Below, piece by piece: positions 46,534 through 55,783 of a stretch of 64,000 nt of DNA. This stretch comes from Acidobacteriota bacterium. Its GTDB lineage: Bacteria > Acidobacteriota > UBA6911 > RPQK01 > JAJDTT01. Position 1 is the first letter of the stretch, and every line of letters begins with the position of its first letter. The notes under the pieces were generated by a model. The model saw only the letters and a list, made by a program, of their open reading frames with translations. It was not told where the DNA came from and did no database searches. The stretch spans positions 4,224,001 to 4,288,000 of the forward strand of contig OZ242374.1 of NCBI GenBank assembly GCA_965209055.1, read 5' to 3'. Made by a program: the position numbers and the translations under genes.

Positions 46534-47802
46534 CTACTCCTGGATCCGGTAGAGGTGTGTCTTCGTGCGCAGGAAGAGGGCTCCGTCGGCCACGGCGGGC
46601 GAGGCCATGAACCCGTCGTCCAGCTTGTTCCTGGCCAGGATTTCCGGTGTCTCCCCGGGTTGGAGAATGGTGGTTCGGCCGCCCTCGTCGAAATAGTGAA
46701 TCCGGCCGGCGGCGTAGAGGACCGAGGCGGAGTGGAGACCGCCGATTCGTTTCTTCCAGATCTCCTGTCCGTTCCTGAAGTCGAGGCAGGTGGCGACCCC
46801 GTCGTTGCTCACCATGTAGACCCGCCCTCCGGCCAGCACTGGAGAGGAGTGCTTCGGAGCGCCGCGCGCGTACTTCCACGCCACGTGGGTTCCGGTCACA
46901 TCGCCCCGGCCGCCGAGTCGGATCGCCCAAAGCTGGGCCGCGTTCCCGATGTATCCGGTGCCGATTCCGACCTGGCCGTCGGAGTAGAGGGTCCTCGGCG
47001 CCGACGAGTGACCCCCGTGGCGAATCTGCCAGATCTCGCGTCCGGTGCGGGGATCGTAGCCGTAGGCTCCCTTGGCGCTGGGGCTGATGAGTTGCGGTTC
47101 TCCCTGGAACTCGATCACCAGCGGCGTGTTGTAGGCCTTGCGGAAGTCTCCGGACATGCGGGGCCGGCCGTTCTCTTCCAGGTCTCCGTAGTCGACCGAG
47201 CGGAAGGTCACCCACCGGTTGAAGCCCGTGGCCTTGTCCAGAGCGGCCACGTACTGGACATCGGCGCCGTCCATGTGGAGGAAGAGGAGGTCCTCCCAGA
47301 GCACGGGCGACGAGGCCGGGCCGCGCCAATGGTCACAGGGGAGGTCCCTTCGTTCCCAGATGACCTGGAACGTATCCGTGTCCAGGCAGGCGGTCCCGTA
47401 ACTCCCGAAATGGACATACACCCGGCCCTCCTCGATGGTGGGCGAGGGGCTGGCATAGGTGTTGACGGCGTTGCTCAGGGGACGAGGTTTGGCGACGTCG
47501 AAGAGCTTGCGGTCGACGAGGATCTTGCCACTGTCGCGATCGATGCACAGAACGGAGAGCTTCTCGCCGTCCTCAGTGGCGGTGGTGAGCCAGACCTGGT
47601 TCCCCCAGATCACGGGCGAGGACCAGGCACGGCCGTGAATGGGCGTCTTCCAGCGAACGTTGAGCGTTTCGCTCCAGCGCAGCGGCAGGTTCGCGACCTC
47701 GGACACGCCGTCCCGGCGGGGGCCCCGGTAGTCCGGCCAGTTCCCGGACAGTGAGACGCCGGAAAAGCAGGCGGCCAGGAGCAGGACCGGAATTTTCTTC
47801 AT
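46534..47802 (-). CDS. Secreted PQQ-like (BamB-like) beta-propeller protein, copy 1
   Basis: Same length (422 aa) as adjacent copy; about 84% identical by hand count. Confidence 0.88.
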   Translation of the reverse strand: MKKIPVLLLAACFSGVSLSGNWPDYRGPRRDGVSEVANLPLRWSETLNVRWKTPIHGRAWSSPVIWGNQVWLTTATEDGEKLSVLCIDRDSGKILVDRKLFDVAKPRPLSNAVNTYASPSPTIEEGRVYVHFGSYGTACLDTDTFQVIWERRDLPCDHWRGPASSPVLWEDLLFLHMDGADVQYVAALDKATGFNRWVTFRSVDYGDLEENGRPRMSGDFRKAYNTPLVIEFQGEPQLISPSAKGAYGYDPRTGREIWQIRHGGHSSAPRTLYSDGQVGIGTGYIGNAAQLWAIRLGGRGDVTGTHVAWKYARGAPKHSSPVLAGGRVYMVSNDGVATCLDFRNGQEIWKKRIGGLHSASVLYAAGRIHYFDEGGRTTILQPGETPEILARNKLDDGFMASPAVADGALFLRTKTHLYRIQE

Positions 47803-47847
47803 GTCTCCATCGCCTCCTCGACTGGAACGCCGGACCTGGACGCATGC

Positions 47848-48591
47848 TCAATCGGACGCGGCCCAGTCGGGGGCCGGACCCCACCGCTCCGGCCAGTCGA
47901 CGGCGGCCAGATCGGCGGTGAGAGGATGCCACAAATCGACCTTCTGTCTCATCACGCCCAGGTTGTTGGGCATGTCGAACTTGTCCGGCAGCGGCTCGAC
48001 GCGTCCGGGAACCCCCTTGACGAAGCTCTTCCTGGGAACGTCGCGGTGCACCACCGCCCCCGCGGCAATGAAGCTTCCTTCTCCGATGGTGATCCCCGGA
48101 AGGATGGTGCAACCGCCGCCGATGACGACCTCGTCTTCGATGGTGGCTCCGCTGGGCGCCGGCATGACTTCGTAACGGCAAGGCTCCCGGTCGTTCAGGA
48201 AGATGACGCCCGGTCCTACGAAGACGTGGTCTCCGAACCAGGTCCGTGTCGGGATGTAGGTGTGCGCCATGACCCGCACCCCGTCTCCCATGCGGACGAT
48301 CCCTTCCACCACCGAGTGGTTGAAGATGGTGCAGTAGTCCCCGATCCGGACTTTGGCCCGGATGACCGCGTAGAGACCGGTCTGGAAATAGTCGCCGATC
48401 CGAGTGTCGCCGTAGATGACGGTCCCTTGCCGCAGGATCCCGTGGCGGCCGATTCGGGCCGGGCCGCAGTCCCGGTGATACCGGTATCCGAGCGTGACGT
48501 CGGGCTCGATGAAAGTGCCCTCACCGATGACGGCATTCTCCATCCGGGTCTCCCGGCCGGTTCGCTGGTGATGGGTCTGACCGTCACTCAT
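47848..48591 (-). CDS. Hexapeptide-repeat (left-handed beta-helix) acyltransferase
   Basis: IGEG/IGDY hexapeptides, VFVGPGVIFLND, ILPGITIGEGSFIAAGAVV..DVP; alternative start 48543. Confidence 0.85.
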   Translation of the reverse strand: MSDGQTHHQRTGRETRMENAVIGEGTFIEPDVTLGYRYHRDCGPARIGRHGILRQGTVIYGDTRIGDYFQTGLYAVIRAKVRIGDYCTIFNHSVVEGIVRMGDGVRVMAHTYIPTRTWFGDHVFVGPGVIFLNDREPCRYEVMPAPSGATIEDEVVIGGGCTILPGITIGEGSFIAAGAVVHRDVPRKSFVKGVPGRVEPLPDKFDMPNNLGVMRQKVDLWHPLTADLAAVDWPERWGPAPDWAASD

Positions 48592-48725
48592 TCGGGTTCC
48601 TCCCCCCGGGCGTATTCTTCAGGTCCTGTCGGTTCCGGACATTCTGTCCTGCTCGGCGGAAGGACGCAACGAGGAGACCCGGGCCGGATCCCGCGAGGCG
48701 TTTGTTCACTAAACTCGGAGCCGGA

Positions 48726-49964
48726 TCAATGCCGCTTGCGCACCGGAAGCGCCGTCCGGGCCTCGTGGTCCCGGATCATCTGCCCGTGAGTGACGGTTTT
48801 TGCCAAGTAACCTTCGGTGTCGAAGTCCGGAAAACGGTCCGGGGAGAATTCGGACGCATCGATACTGGTCTGTCCGTCCACCATGTATTCCGCCAGGAGG
48901 AAACCGGCCACGGGATGGTAGCCGAAGCCGCCCGAGTTGAAGGTAACGGCAAGATAGAGTCCCGGCAGGGCGTCCACGGGACCGATATTGGGCAGAAAGT
49001 CCAAGGCGTAGCTCACCAGGCCCACGCGGTGGTAGTCGATCCCGACGCCTTGAATCAGGGGCAGGCGGTCCCGAACCGCCTCCTGAATGAAGGGCAGGGA
49101 ACGGGGATCGGGCACCAGTTCGGTGAGACGGAAGTCGGGTCCGGGCCTCTCGATCTGAACCGCTTCGTGGGCGCCGGTGCCCAAAAGAACACGATCATCC
49201 TCCGTGGGACGGTAATAGACGCCCTTGGCATCGTCGTTGGTGGCCGGGAGCCGGGGTGGATGTTCCAGGGGCATGGTGACCCAGCGTTCGTGAACGAAGT
49301 TGCGCACCGGCAGCGGTTGACCCGCCTGGGCCATCAGGGAGTTGGCCCAGGCATTGACGGTGCAGACCACCGAGTCCGCCCGCAATTTCCCCGATTCCCG
49401 GGTCCGGACGCCCGTGACCCGTCCGCCTTCGATCAGGAAATCGTCGATGGTCACGCCTTCCCGGAGTTCCACTCCCATCTCCCGGACCTTGGCGCTGAGA
49501 GCGGGCAGGTAGCGGTCCGGCTCGCTGTAACCGCCTCGCAGGTCCAGCACACCGTACTCGTCGCCGCCGATCCGAAGATCGGGGAATCGTTCCTCGATCT
49601 CACGCCGCCGCAACACCTGGAATCGAGCTCCAGCGCGACGGTGCATGGGATGCAGGCGGCGGGCCCGCTCGAACTGCCGGGAGTCCAGGAGATTCAGGCA
49701 CCCGACCTGGTGAAAGTCGTAGTTTTCAAGGATCTTGTCGAACCGCTCGAAGATGTCGAAGGTGATGCCTCGCGCCCGGCTGGCTCCCTCGGTGGCCATC
49801 ATCATGGTGTTGATGGCCCCCGACCGGCTGCTGGACCCGTCCCCCACCCGGCCCTTGTCCAGGAGCAGGACCTTCCGAACTCCCTTGTCGGCCAGATGGA
49901 ACGAGGTGCTCAATCCGGCGATCCCGGCGCCGACGACGATCACCGACTGTGACGTGTTTGCCAT
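48726..49964 (-). CDS. FAD-dependent oxidoreductase (DAO/sarcosine oxidase beta-like)
   Basis: VGAGIAG, GSSSRSGA, FNSGGFG. Confidence 0.88.
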   Translation of the reverse strand: MANTSQSVIVVGAGIAGLSTSFHLADKGVRKVLLLDKGRVGDGSSSRSGAINTMMMATEGASRARGITFDIFERFDKILENYDFHQVGCLNLLDSRQFERARRLHPMHRRAGARFQVLRRREIEERFPDLRIGGDEYGVLDLRGGYSEPDRYLPALSAKVREMGVELREGVTIDDFLIEGGRVTGVRTRESGKLRADSVVCTVNAWANSLMAQAGQPLPVRNFVHERWVTMPLEHPPRLPATNDDAKGVYYRPTEDDRVLLGTGAHEAVQIERPGPDFRLTELVPDPRSLPFIQEAVRDRLPLIQGVGIDYHRVGLVSYALDFLPNIGPVDALPGLYLAVTFNSGGFGYHPVAGFLLAEYMVDGQTSIDASEFSPDRFPDFDTEGYLAKTVTHGQMIRDHEARTALPVRKRH

Positions 49965-50003
49965 GCTTCGTCCTCCAATCGGAGGCTATGGTACGCTGAA
50001 TTC

Positions 50004-50315
50004 ATGCCACAGTCGCCACTTCCCAAGCCATTGAAACCCCATCCCGGGATCCGGATCGAGAAGATTCCGGTCAGAGGCGCCGCCGGGCTCATCTTCGTCT
50101 TCGGCGTCATGTTCATTTTCTGGGCAGGAGTCCCGCCTGTCCGCGGTTTCCTGATTCTGGGAGTCGTGGGAGGCTTGGCAGCGTTTGCGGGACTCTGTTG
50201 GTGGCGCCACCGGAATCAAGGGCATACCGGCCGCCGACTCTTCATCGAGACTAAAATCTCCGCTACCGCGGCGGGCCAACCCGGGCGCACCGCGCCGTCA
50301 CCGAAACAGGACTGA
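50004..50315 (+). CDS. Small two-TM membrane protein
   Basis: HPGIRIEKIPVRGAAGLIF followed by two hydrophobic segments. Confidence 0.55.
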   Translation: MPQSPLPKPLKPHPGIRIEKIPVRGAAGLIFVFGVMFIFWAGVPPVRGFLILGVVGGLAAFAGLCWWRHRNQGHTGRRLFIETKISATAAGQPGRTAPSPKQD

Positions 50316-50467
50316 CTCCTGGTTCTGATGCCTGTGAAAGAGGGCGGTCGGCACCGGTCATCGTGTCCTGCGCCCGCGAACGGCCAGTTTCTCCTATTAT
50401 CAACAAGTTTCCACCCGGACAGTCCGCTGTACGGGTAATGGACGTAAGTGAGGCAGAGTCGATATCC

Positions 50468-51169
50468 ATGGGACCCAGACGAAACCAGCATCCTGCCGTT
50501 CCGTGTTGGGGCTACGGGCCGCACAACGGCCCGGAAGTCTGGGGGACGCTCGATTCCGCGTTTATCTCCTGCACCTCGGGCGACGAACAGTCGCCCATCG
50601 ATCTGACGTCGGGCCAGTCCGCCGAGCTGGCGGCGATCGAGTTCGACTACCGCAGGACCCGATTCGCCATCGAGAACACCGGGCATACGATCCAGGTGAA
50701 CCCGAACTCCGGCAGCGGCATCGTCCTCAACGGAGTACGCTCCGCCTTGCTGCAGTTTCACTTCCACCATCCCAGCGAGCATACGTTTGACGGCAGTCGA
50801 CTGGCGCTTGAGATGCACCTGGTGCATCGAAGTGATCTTGGGTCGGTTACGGTGGTTGGAATTCTGTTCAAGGAAGGACAGGCGAGCGAGGCCCTGGCTC
50901 CAGTCTGGAAGCATCTTCCACCCGAAAAGTCCGAGTCGCAAATGGTGCCGGGCGAACTCGATTTGGCATCGCTTTTGCCTGCCGTCCGAACGACATGGCG
51001 GTACCGGGGTTCCCTCACCACTCCACCCTGCACCGAAGGTGTCGACTGGGTCGTCCTGACCGAGCCGCTATCGATGTCGAAGACGCAAATTGCCGCATTC
51101 GGCGCCATTCATCCACACAACTTTCGCCCTGTGCAGCCCCTCGGCGACCGCGTTCTGCTGCGCGAATGA
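50468..51169 (+). CDS. Alpha-class carbonic anhydrase
   Basis: WGY...GP..W, QSPIDL, NTGHTIQ, QFHFHHPSEH, EMHLVH, GSLTTPPCTEGV, NFRPVQP; start uncertain. Confidence 0.92.
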   Translation: MGPRRNQHPAVPCWGYGPHNGPEVWGTLDSAFISCTSGDEQSPIDLTSGQSAELAAIEFDYRRTRFAIENTGHTIQVNPNSGSGIVLNGVRSALLQFHFHHPSEHTFDGSRLALEMHLVHRSDLGSVTVVGILFKEGQASEALAPVWKHLPPEKSESQMVPGELDLASLLPAVRTTWRYRGSLTTPPCTEGVDWVVLTEPLSMSKTQIAAFGAIHPHNFRPVQPLGDRVLLRE

Positions 51170-51209
51170 CCGCCGCGGCGCTGTCCTCCCCGTAGAGGTC
51201 CATTGCCTC

Positions 51210-51276
51210 TTGACTTGCATTCCGGGCTGCCGATATCGTGTGCCCCATTGGAAGAACGCTCACGCAATGAGCGTTC
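51210..51276 (+). promoter_or_regulatory. sigma70-like promoter plus perfect 9-bp palindrome in leader
   Basis: TTGACT-N18-TATCGT (51210-51239); GAACGCTCA-cgcaa-TGAGCGTTC (51254-51276). Confidence 0.55.
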
Positions 51277-51306
51277 GTTTCCTACTTTCAGCTTGGGGAG
51301 AGAGCG

Positions 51307-52464
51307 ATCAATCGTTTCCTGGCGGCCTGCACGATCCTTGTCCTGGGGATTTCCGCCACGACCGCCCAAGCTACTGACGTTCCGGCCGACGCACTCGATC
51401 GCTTTCCGGGCAAGGAGTGGGAAACCAGGCGTCCTGCGGACGTGGGCTTCGACGAGGATGCCCTGAGGAGGATCCTGCCGCGGGTCGGGATCGGGGGGAC
51501 CATTGTCCGCCACGGATACGTGGTGGCCACCTGGGGCAACCAGAGGACTGCCGTCCAGACCGCGTCCATGGGCAAGACGTTCAACGCGACCTGCCTGGGC
51601 CTGGCCGTCGATGCCGGCCTGGTCGAGTTGGACGACCTGGTCTGGAAGACCTGGACGGGCGAGGGAGAGCTGTCCCATTCTTACAAATACCTCAACGAAG
51701 GCCACCATCGAAAAATCACCTGGAGGCATTTCGCCAACATGGTGTCGGGCTTTCCGGACATCGACCTGAGCCGGTCCGACGGCGAGATGGGGGATTCCAC
51801 CTACAACTATGCCCACCGGGCGCCGGGGGGCGAATACATCTACAGCGACGGGGGGATGTGGCGGTTTGCCCAGGCCTTGACGGCGCTTTGGGGCAAGGAC
51901 CTCAAGGACGTGCTGGACGAGAAGATCTTCCGGCATCTCCAAGTGCCCGCCGGGCGTTGGGACTGGATGCCCGCGCGGGTGATTCAGGAAAACCTCATGT
52001 ACCCCTTCTGGCCGGGCTACGGACGCTACCTGGATCCGCCGTGGGAAATCGGCGGACACGCCGTTCGGGCCGGACCGGGCTGGGTGGTCATCAATTCGGA
52101 CGACGCCGCCCGCTTCGGCTATCTCTTCCTGCGCAACGGGCGCTGGCGGGACCAGCAACTGGTCAGCAAGGAGTGGGTGGAGCAGACGCGCAAACCGCAA
52201 AGCCGCCGGCATGCCGGCCACGGGGGCGAGGACTACAGCCTGAACTGGTGGTTGCCGGGACAGGGTGTGCAGGAAGCGCGGGGCGGCAACATCAACTGGC
52301 AGGCCGTCTCCCGAATCTCGGTGGTCCCCGAGTACGACCTGGTGGTGGCCACCATCCGGACCAACTACGTGGCCCGCAAAGTCGTCGGGTCCACCTATTT
52401 CGGATCCCAGTACCAGGGCGACCGGGACTGGGTCTTCCGGCTCTTGAAGACCATCGTGAAGTGA
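51307..52464 (+). CDS. Secreted beta-lactamase-like serine hydrolase with probable non-AUG (ATC) start
   Basis: SMGK (SxxK), YSD, ARFGYLFLRNGRW; in-frame signal peptide begins at ATC 51307, 6 nt after GGAG. Confidence 0.85.
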   Translation: MNRFLAACTILVLGISATTAQATDVPADALDRFPGKEWETRRPADVGFDEDALRRILPRVGIGGTIVRHGYVVATWGNQRTAVQTASMGKTFNATCLGLAVDAGLVELDDLVWKTWTGEGELSHSYKYLNEGHHRKITWRHFANMVSGFPDIDLSRSDGEMGDSTYNYAHRAPGGEYIYSDGGMWRFAQALTALWGKDLKDVLDEKIFRHLQVPAGRWDWMPARVIQENLMYPFWPGYGRYLDPPWEIGGHAVRAGPGWVVINSDDAARFGYLFLRNGRWRDQQLVSKEWVEQTRKPQSRRHAGHGGEDYSLNWWLPGQGVQEARGGNINWQAVSRISVVPEYDLVVATIRTNYVARKVVGSTYFGSQYQGDRDWVFRLLKTIVK

Positions 52465-52517
52465 GACATTCGAACTGCGAACCGCAGGGAACTTAATTGA
52501 CCGAAGGAGCGTAACCG

Positions 52518-55500
52518 ATGCGAAGAATCCAGATTTCAATCCTTTTCCTGAGCGTTGCCATGCTGGCAGCGCCCCTGTCGGCCCAGATCACCACGGGCGG
52601 GATCAGCGGCCGGGTCACGGACGAGACGGGCGGCATCATCCCGGGCGTCGACGTCCTCCTGACCAACGTGGGAACGGCCCGGACCTTTGGCGCCGTCACC
52701 GGCGACACGGGGGCCTACAAGTTCGTTTTCCTGCAGCCGGGCGACTACTCGATTCGGGCGGAGTTGGCGGGATTTCAACCCGTGCTCCGGCGGGACATCG
52801 TGGTCCGGGTCAATGAAACCGTCGCCGTGGACATCACTCTCTCGCCGAGTGAGATCCAGGAGGTCGTGGAGGTCCTGGGGACACCCCCGCCCCTGCAGAC
52901 CGAGTCGGGCGAAATCGGAGACGTGGTCGATCATGAGACGATCGTCAACCTCCCTTTGAACGGCCGCAATTTCATCCAGTTGGTGGAATTGCAGCCCGGA
53001 GCCGTCTCCACCCACAAGCTCCCCGGAGGGGGGATCAGCTTTCACAGCAGCATTTTCGGCGGCAACTTCTCGGTGCACGGGGCGCCGGCTGAAGGCACGG
53101 TCTTCCTGCTGGACGGGATCGACATGAAGGACGCGGTCGATACCCGAGTCGGATTCCGCATGACCGTCGACGCCATCCAGGAGTTCAAGTTCCAGGCCGG
53201 GAACTACTCGGCCGCGTTCGGACGGGCTTCGGGAGGTGTGGTCAATATCGCTTCCCGCGCAGGGGTGAACGATTACCACGGTTCCGCCTGGGGCTTTTTC
53301 CGGAACGACGCCTTTGACGCCCGCACCTTCTTCGCCGCGGAGAAGGAGCCCTTCTCGCAGCAGAATATGGGTGTGGCCATCGGCGGACCGATCGTGGAAG
53401 ACCAGACCTTTTTCTTCGTCACCTACGAGGCGATCCGGTCGGACAAGGAAGTGACCCGCGCCGTCAGCGTACCCACCGATCTGCAACGGCGGGGAGACTT
53501 CAGCGAGGGCAATCCCATCTTCAACCCCTTCGACGTCGACCCCGACACCGGTCTGCGCGCGCCTTTTGCGAACAAGGTGATCCCCGAGAACATGTGGCAT
53601 CCGGCCTCGGTCAAGGCCTTCACGCGGTTGTTTCCCACGGCGAATCGTCCCGGTGTGGTCAGTAATCTCGTCGATTCGTCAATCCAGGAGGTCATCAGCG
53701 ACCAGTTGAACATTCGGATCGACCAGAGGATCGGAGAGGAAGACACCATCTTCGGCCGCTATACGCTGGTGAAGTACGACCGCCTTTGGCCCTTCGTCTT
53801 CGCTTCGCTCCCCAATTTCACCACCGTCTGGAAGTCCCCGGCTCAGAATGCCGTGCTGGGTCATACCCACACGTTCGGAGCCAGTGCGGTGAACGACCTC
53901 CGGGTCGGCTTCAACCGGCACACGCAGGTCCTGGAGGACTCGGAACAGGAAGTGGCGGTCAACGAGGAGTTGGGGATCCACGGATTGAGTCCCCGTTTTC
54001 TGGGCAACCCCAACATCAACATCGCCGGTCTGGGCGGCACCGGGGCCATCGCCAATGCGCCCAACAATCGCTCCGACAACCAGTTCGCGGTGAGGGAGAA
54101 CTTCTCCTACATCACCGGCAACCACAACATTTCCACGGGCGCCTCCGTCGACTGGTACCAGATGAACGGCGGCCATGCCCTGTTTGCCCACGGCTTGTTC
54201 ACCTTCAACGGAATTTTCACGTCGCAGTTGACCGAAACCGGGACTCAGCCGGGGACGGGGAACCCCGTGGCGGACTACATTCTGGGCGTACCCAACCGGA
54301 CCTCCCGGTGTTGCACGGTCAATGACGGTTTCCGCAACTTCCGCAAGAAGGACTTCGGCATCTACATCAACGACGACTGGAAGGTGTCGCCTGATCTGAC
54401 CTTGAACCTGGGGGTGCGGTACGAGCTGTTCCAGCCCCCCTATGAGAAACACGGGCGCTACGCCCAGCCGGATTACTCCAGTGCACCCGAGCTGGTTCTG
54501 GCGCACGCCGGAGAGGACATCCCGCGGGGAGTCTACAAGGCGGACAAGAACAACTTCGCCCCCCGGCTGGGTTTTGCATACCGGATCAACGACCAGACCG
54601 TTCTTCGCGGCGGCTACGGGCTTTTCTACATGTCCCCCAACATGGTCTTCTCGTTCTTCGCCGCCATGTCGCCTCCCTACGTCAGTCCGGAGACCTTCAT
54701 CTCGGACACCAGGACACCCCAGTTGTCCTTCAGCGCCCCGTTTCCCGGGGTTGGGCTTCCCAGCTTGAACTTCTACTCCAACGATCCCGGATGGACGGAC
54801 CCCTACAACCAGGTCTGGAACCTGACCCTGCAGCGGCAGATCGGGAATACCGCCATTTCCGCCTCCTATATCGGCAACCGGGGGAGCAACCTCCTCACCG
54901 TTTTCAATGCCAACTCACCGCTGAGACCGGGACCGGGATCCGTTGCCTCGCGCCGAATTATCCCTTCCATCGTGAACGACACCCGGACCGACAACCAGGG
55001 CTGGTCGAGCTACAACGGGTTGGAGTTGAGGGCGGAGCAGCGATTCTCCGGCGGCCTGGGCTTCCTTGTCTCCTATGTCTGGTCCAGGTGCATGGATACC
55101 GGGAGTGTCCAGGTCAACGGGGACGGTTCTCCCCGGGGGACACGGGACCCGCGCAACTTCGAAGAGGATTGGGGACCCTGTCAATATGACGTTCCGCACC
55201 GCTTCGCAGCGAACTGGGTCTATCAGCTTCCCTTCGGCAAGGGAATGGGGGGCCTCGGCGGAATGTTGCTCCGGAACTGGCGGATTCAAGGGATCGTGAC
55301 GCTGGAGGGCGGCCAGCCGTTCCACATCGGACTGCCCTACGACAACAGCAACACCGGACTCGGAACGGACACTCCGGATTGGGTGTCGGGTCAGGACCCC
55401 AACGCCGGCCCCAAGACCGTGCAGCAGTTCTTCAACATCAGGGCCTTTCAGAATCCACAGCCGTTCACCTATGGGAATCTGGGCCGCAATGTCACCCGGG

Positions 55501-55712
55501 GTCCGGGGTTCGCCAACGTCGACTTCGGGCTGCATCGCAGGTTCCCGATCACCGAAGACCATGTGCTCGAATTTCGAGGGGAGGTGTTCAACGTCCTCAA
55601 CCGGGCCAACTTCCTGCAGCCGGCCAATACCTTCGGCACCCCGGCCTTCGGCGTGATCGGCGGTGCGTTCGAGGCGCGGGAAATCCAGTTCTCGCTGAAG
55701 TACACGTTCTAA
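52518..55712 (+). CDS. TonB-dependent receptor with N-terminal carboxypeptidase regulatory-like domain (acidobacterial/Oar type)
   Basis: Signal peptide; G.V.D.TG.IIPG, LPLNGRNF, DAIQEFK, NNFAPRLGFAY, terminal REIQFSLKYTF. Confidence 0.93.
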   Translation: MRRIQISILFLSVAMLAAPLSAQITTGGISGRVTDETGGIIPGVDVLLTNVGTARTFGAVTGDTGAYKFVFLQPGDYSIRAELAGFQPVLRRDIVVRVNETVAVDITLSPSEIQEVVEVLGTPPPLQTESGEIGDVVDHETIVNLPLNGRNFIQLVELQPGAVSTHKLPGGGISFHSSIFGGNFSVHGAPAEGTVFLLDGIDMKDAVDTRVGFRMTVDAIQEFKFQAGNYSAAFGRASGGVVNIASRAGVNDYHGSAWGFFRNDAFDARTFFAAEKEPFSQQNMGVAIGGPIVEDQTFFFVTYEAIRSDKEVTRAVSVPTDLQRRGDFSEGNPIFNPFDVDPDTGLRAPFANKVIPENMWHPASVKAFTRLFPTANRPGVVSNLVDSSIQEVISDQLNIRIDQRIGEEDTIFGRYTLVKYDRLWPFVFASLPNFTTVWKSPAQNAVLGHTHTFGASAVNDLRVGFNRHTQVLEDSEQEVAVNEELGIHGLSPRFLGNPNINIAGLGGTGAIANAPNNRSDNQFAVRENFSYITGNHNISTGASVDWYQMNGGHALFAHGLFTFNGIFTSQLTETGTQPGTGNPVADYILGVPNRTSRCCTVNDGFRNFRKKDFGIYINDDWKVSPDLTLNLGVRYELFQPPYEKHGRYAQPDYSSAPELVLAHAGEDIPRGVYKADKNNFAPRLGFAYRINDQTVLRGGYGLFYMSPNMVFSFFAAMSPPYVSPETFISDTRTPQLSFSAPFPGVGLPSLNFYSNDPGWTDPYNQVWNLTLQRQIGNTAISASYIGNRGSNLLTVFNANSPLRPGPGSVASRRIIPSIVNDTRTDNQGWSSYNGLELRAEQRFSGGLGFLVSYVWSRCMDTGSVQVNGDGSPRGTRDPRNFEEDWGPCQYDVPHRFAANWVYQLPFGKGMGGLGGMLLRNWRIQGIVTLEGGQPFHIGLPYDNSNTGLGTDTPDWVSGQDPNAGPKTVQQFFNIRAFQNPQPFTYGNLGRNVTRGPGFANVDFGLHRRFPITEDHVLEFRGEVFNVLNRANFLQPANTFGTPAFGVIGGAFEAREIQFSLKYTF

Positions 55713-55767
55713 GGAGCGGCGGTTTTCCTACCGCCGGTAGGAGCGGGAGCGGCGGTTTCCAACCGCC
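55713..55767. repeat. Tandem REP-like palindromes after receptor stop
   Basis: ggagcggcggttttcctaccgcc and ggagcggcggtttccaaccgcc. Confidence 0.7.
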
Positions 55768-55783
55768 GAATTGCGGAGTGAGC

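Noticed and set aside
45170-47329. 719-aa ORF suggesting a fusion or frameshift between the PQQ-like genes
   Set aside because: The N-terminal part is an off-frame reading of copy 1; each copy has its own start, signal peptide and stop
5500-55767. REP-like repeats read as CRISPR repeats or integron attC sites
   Set aside because: Dispersed rather than regularly spaced; no cas or intI genes; no RYYYAAC/GTTRRRY ends
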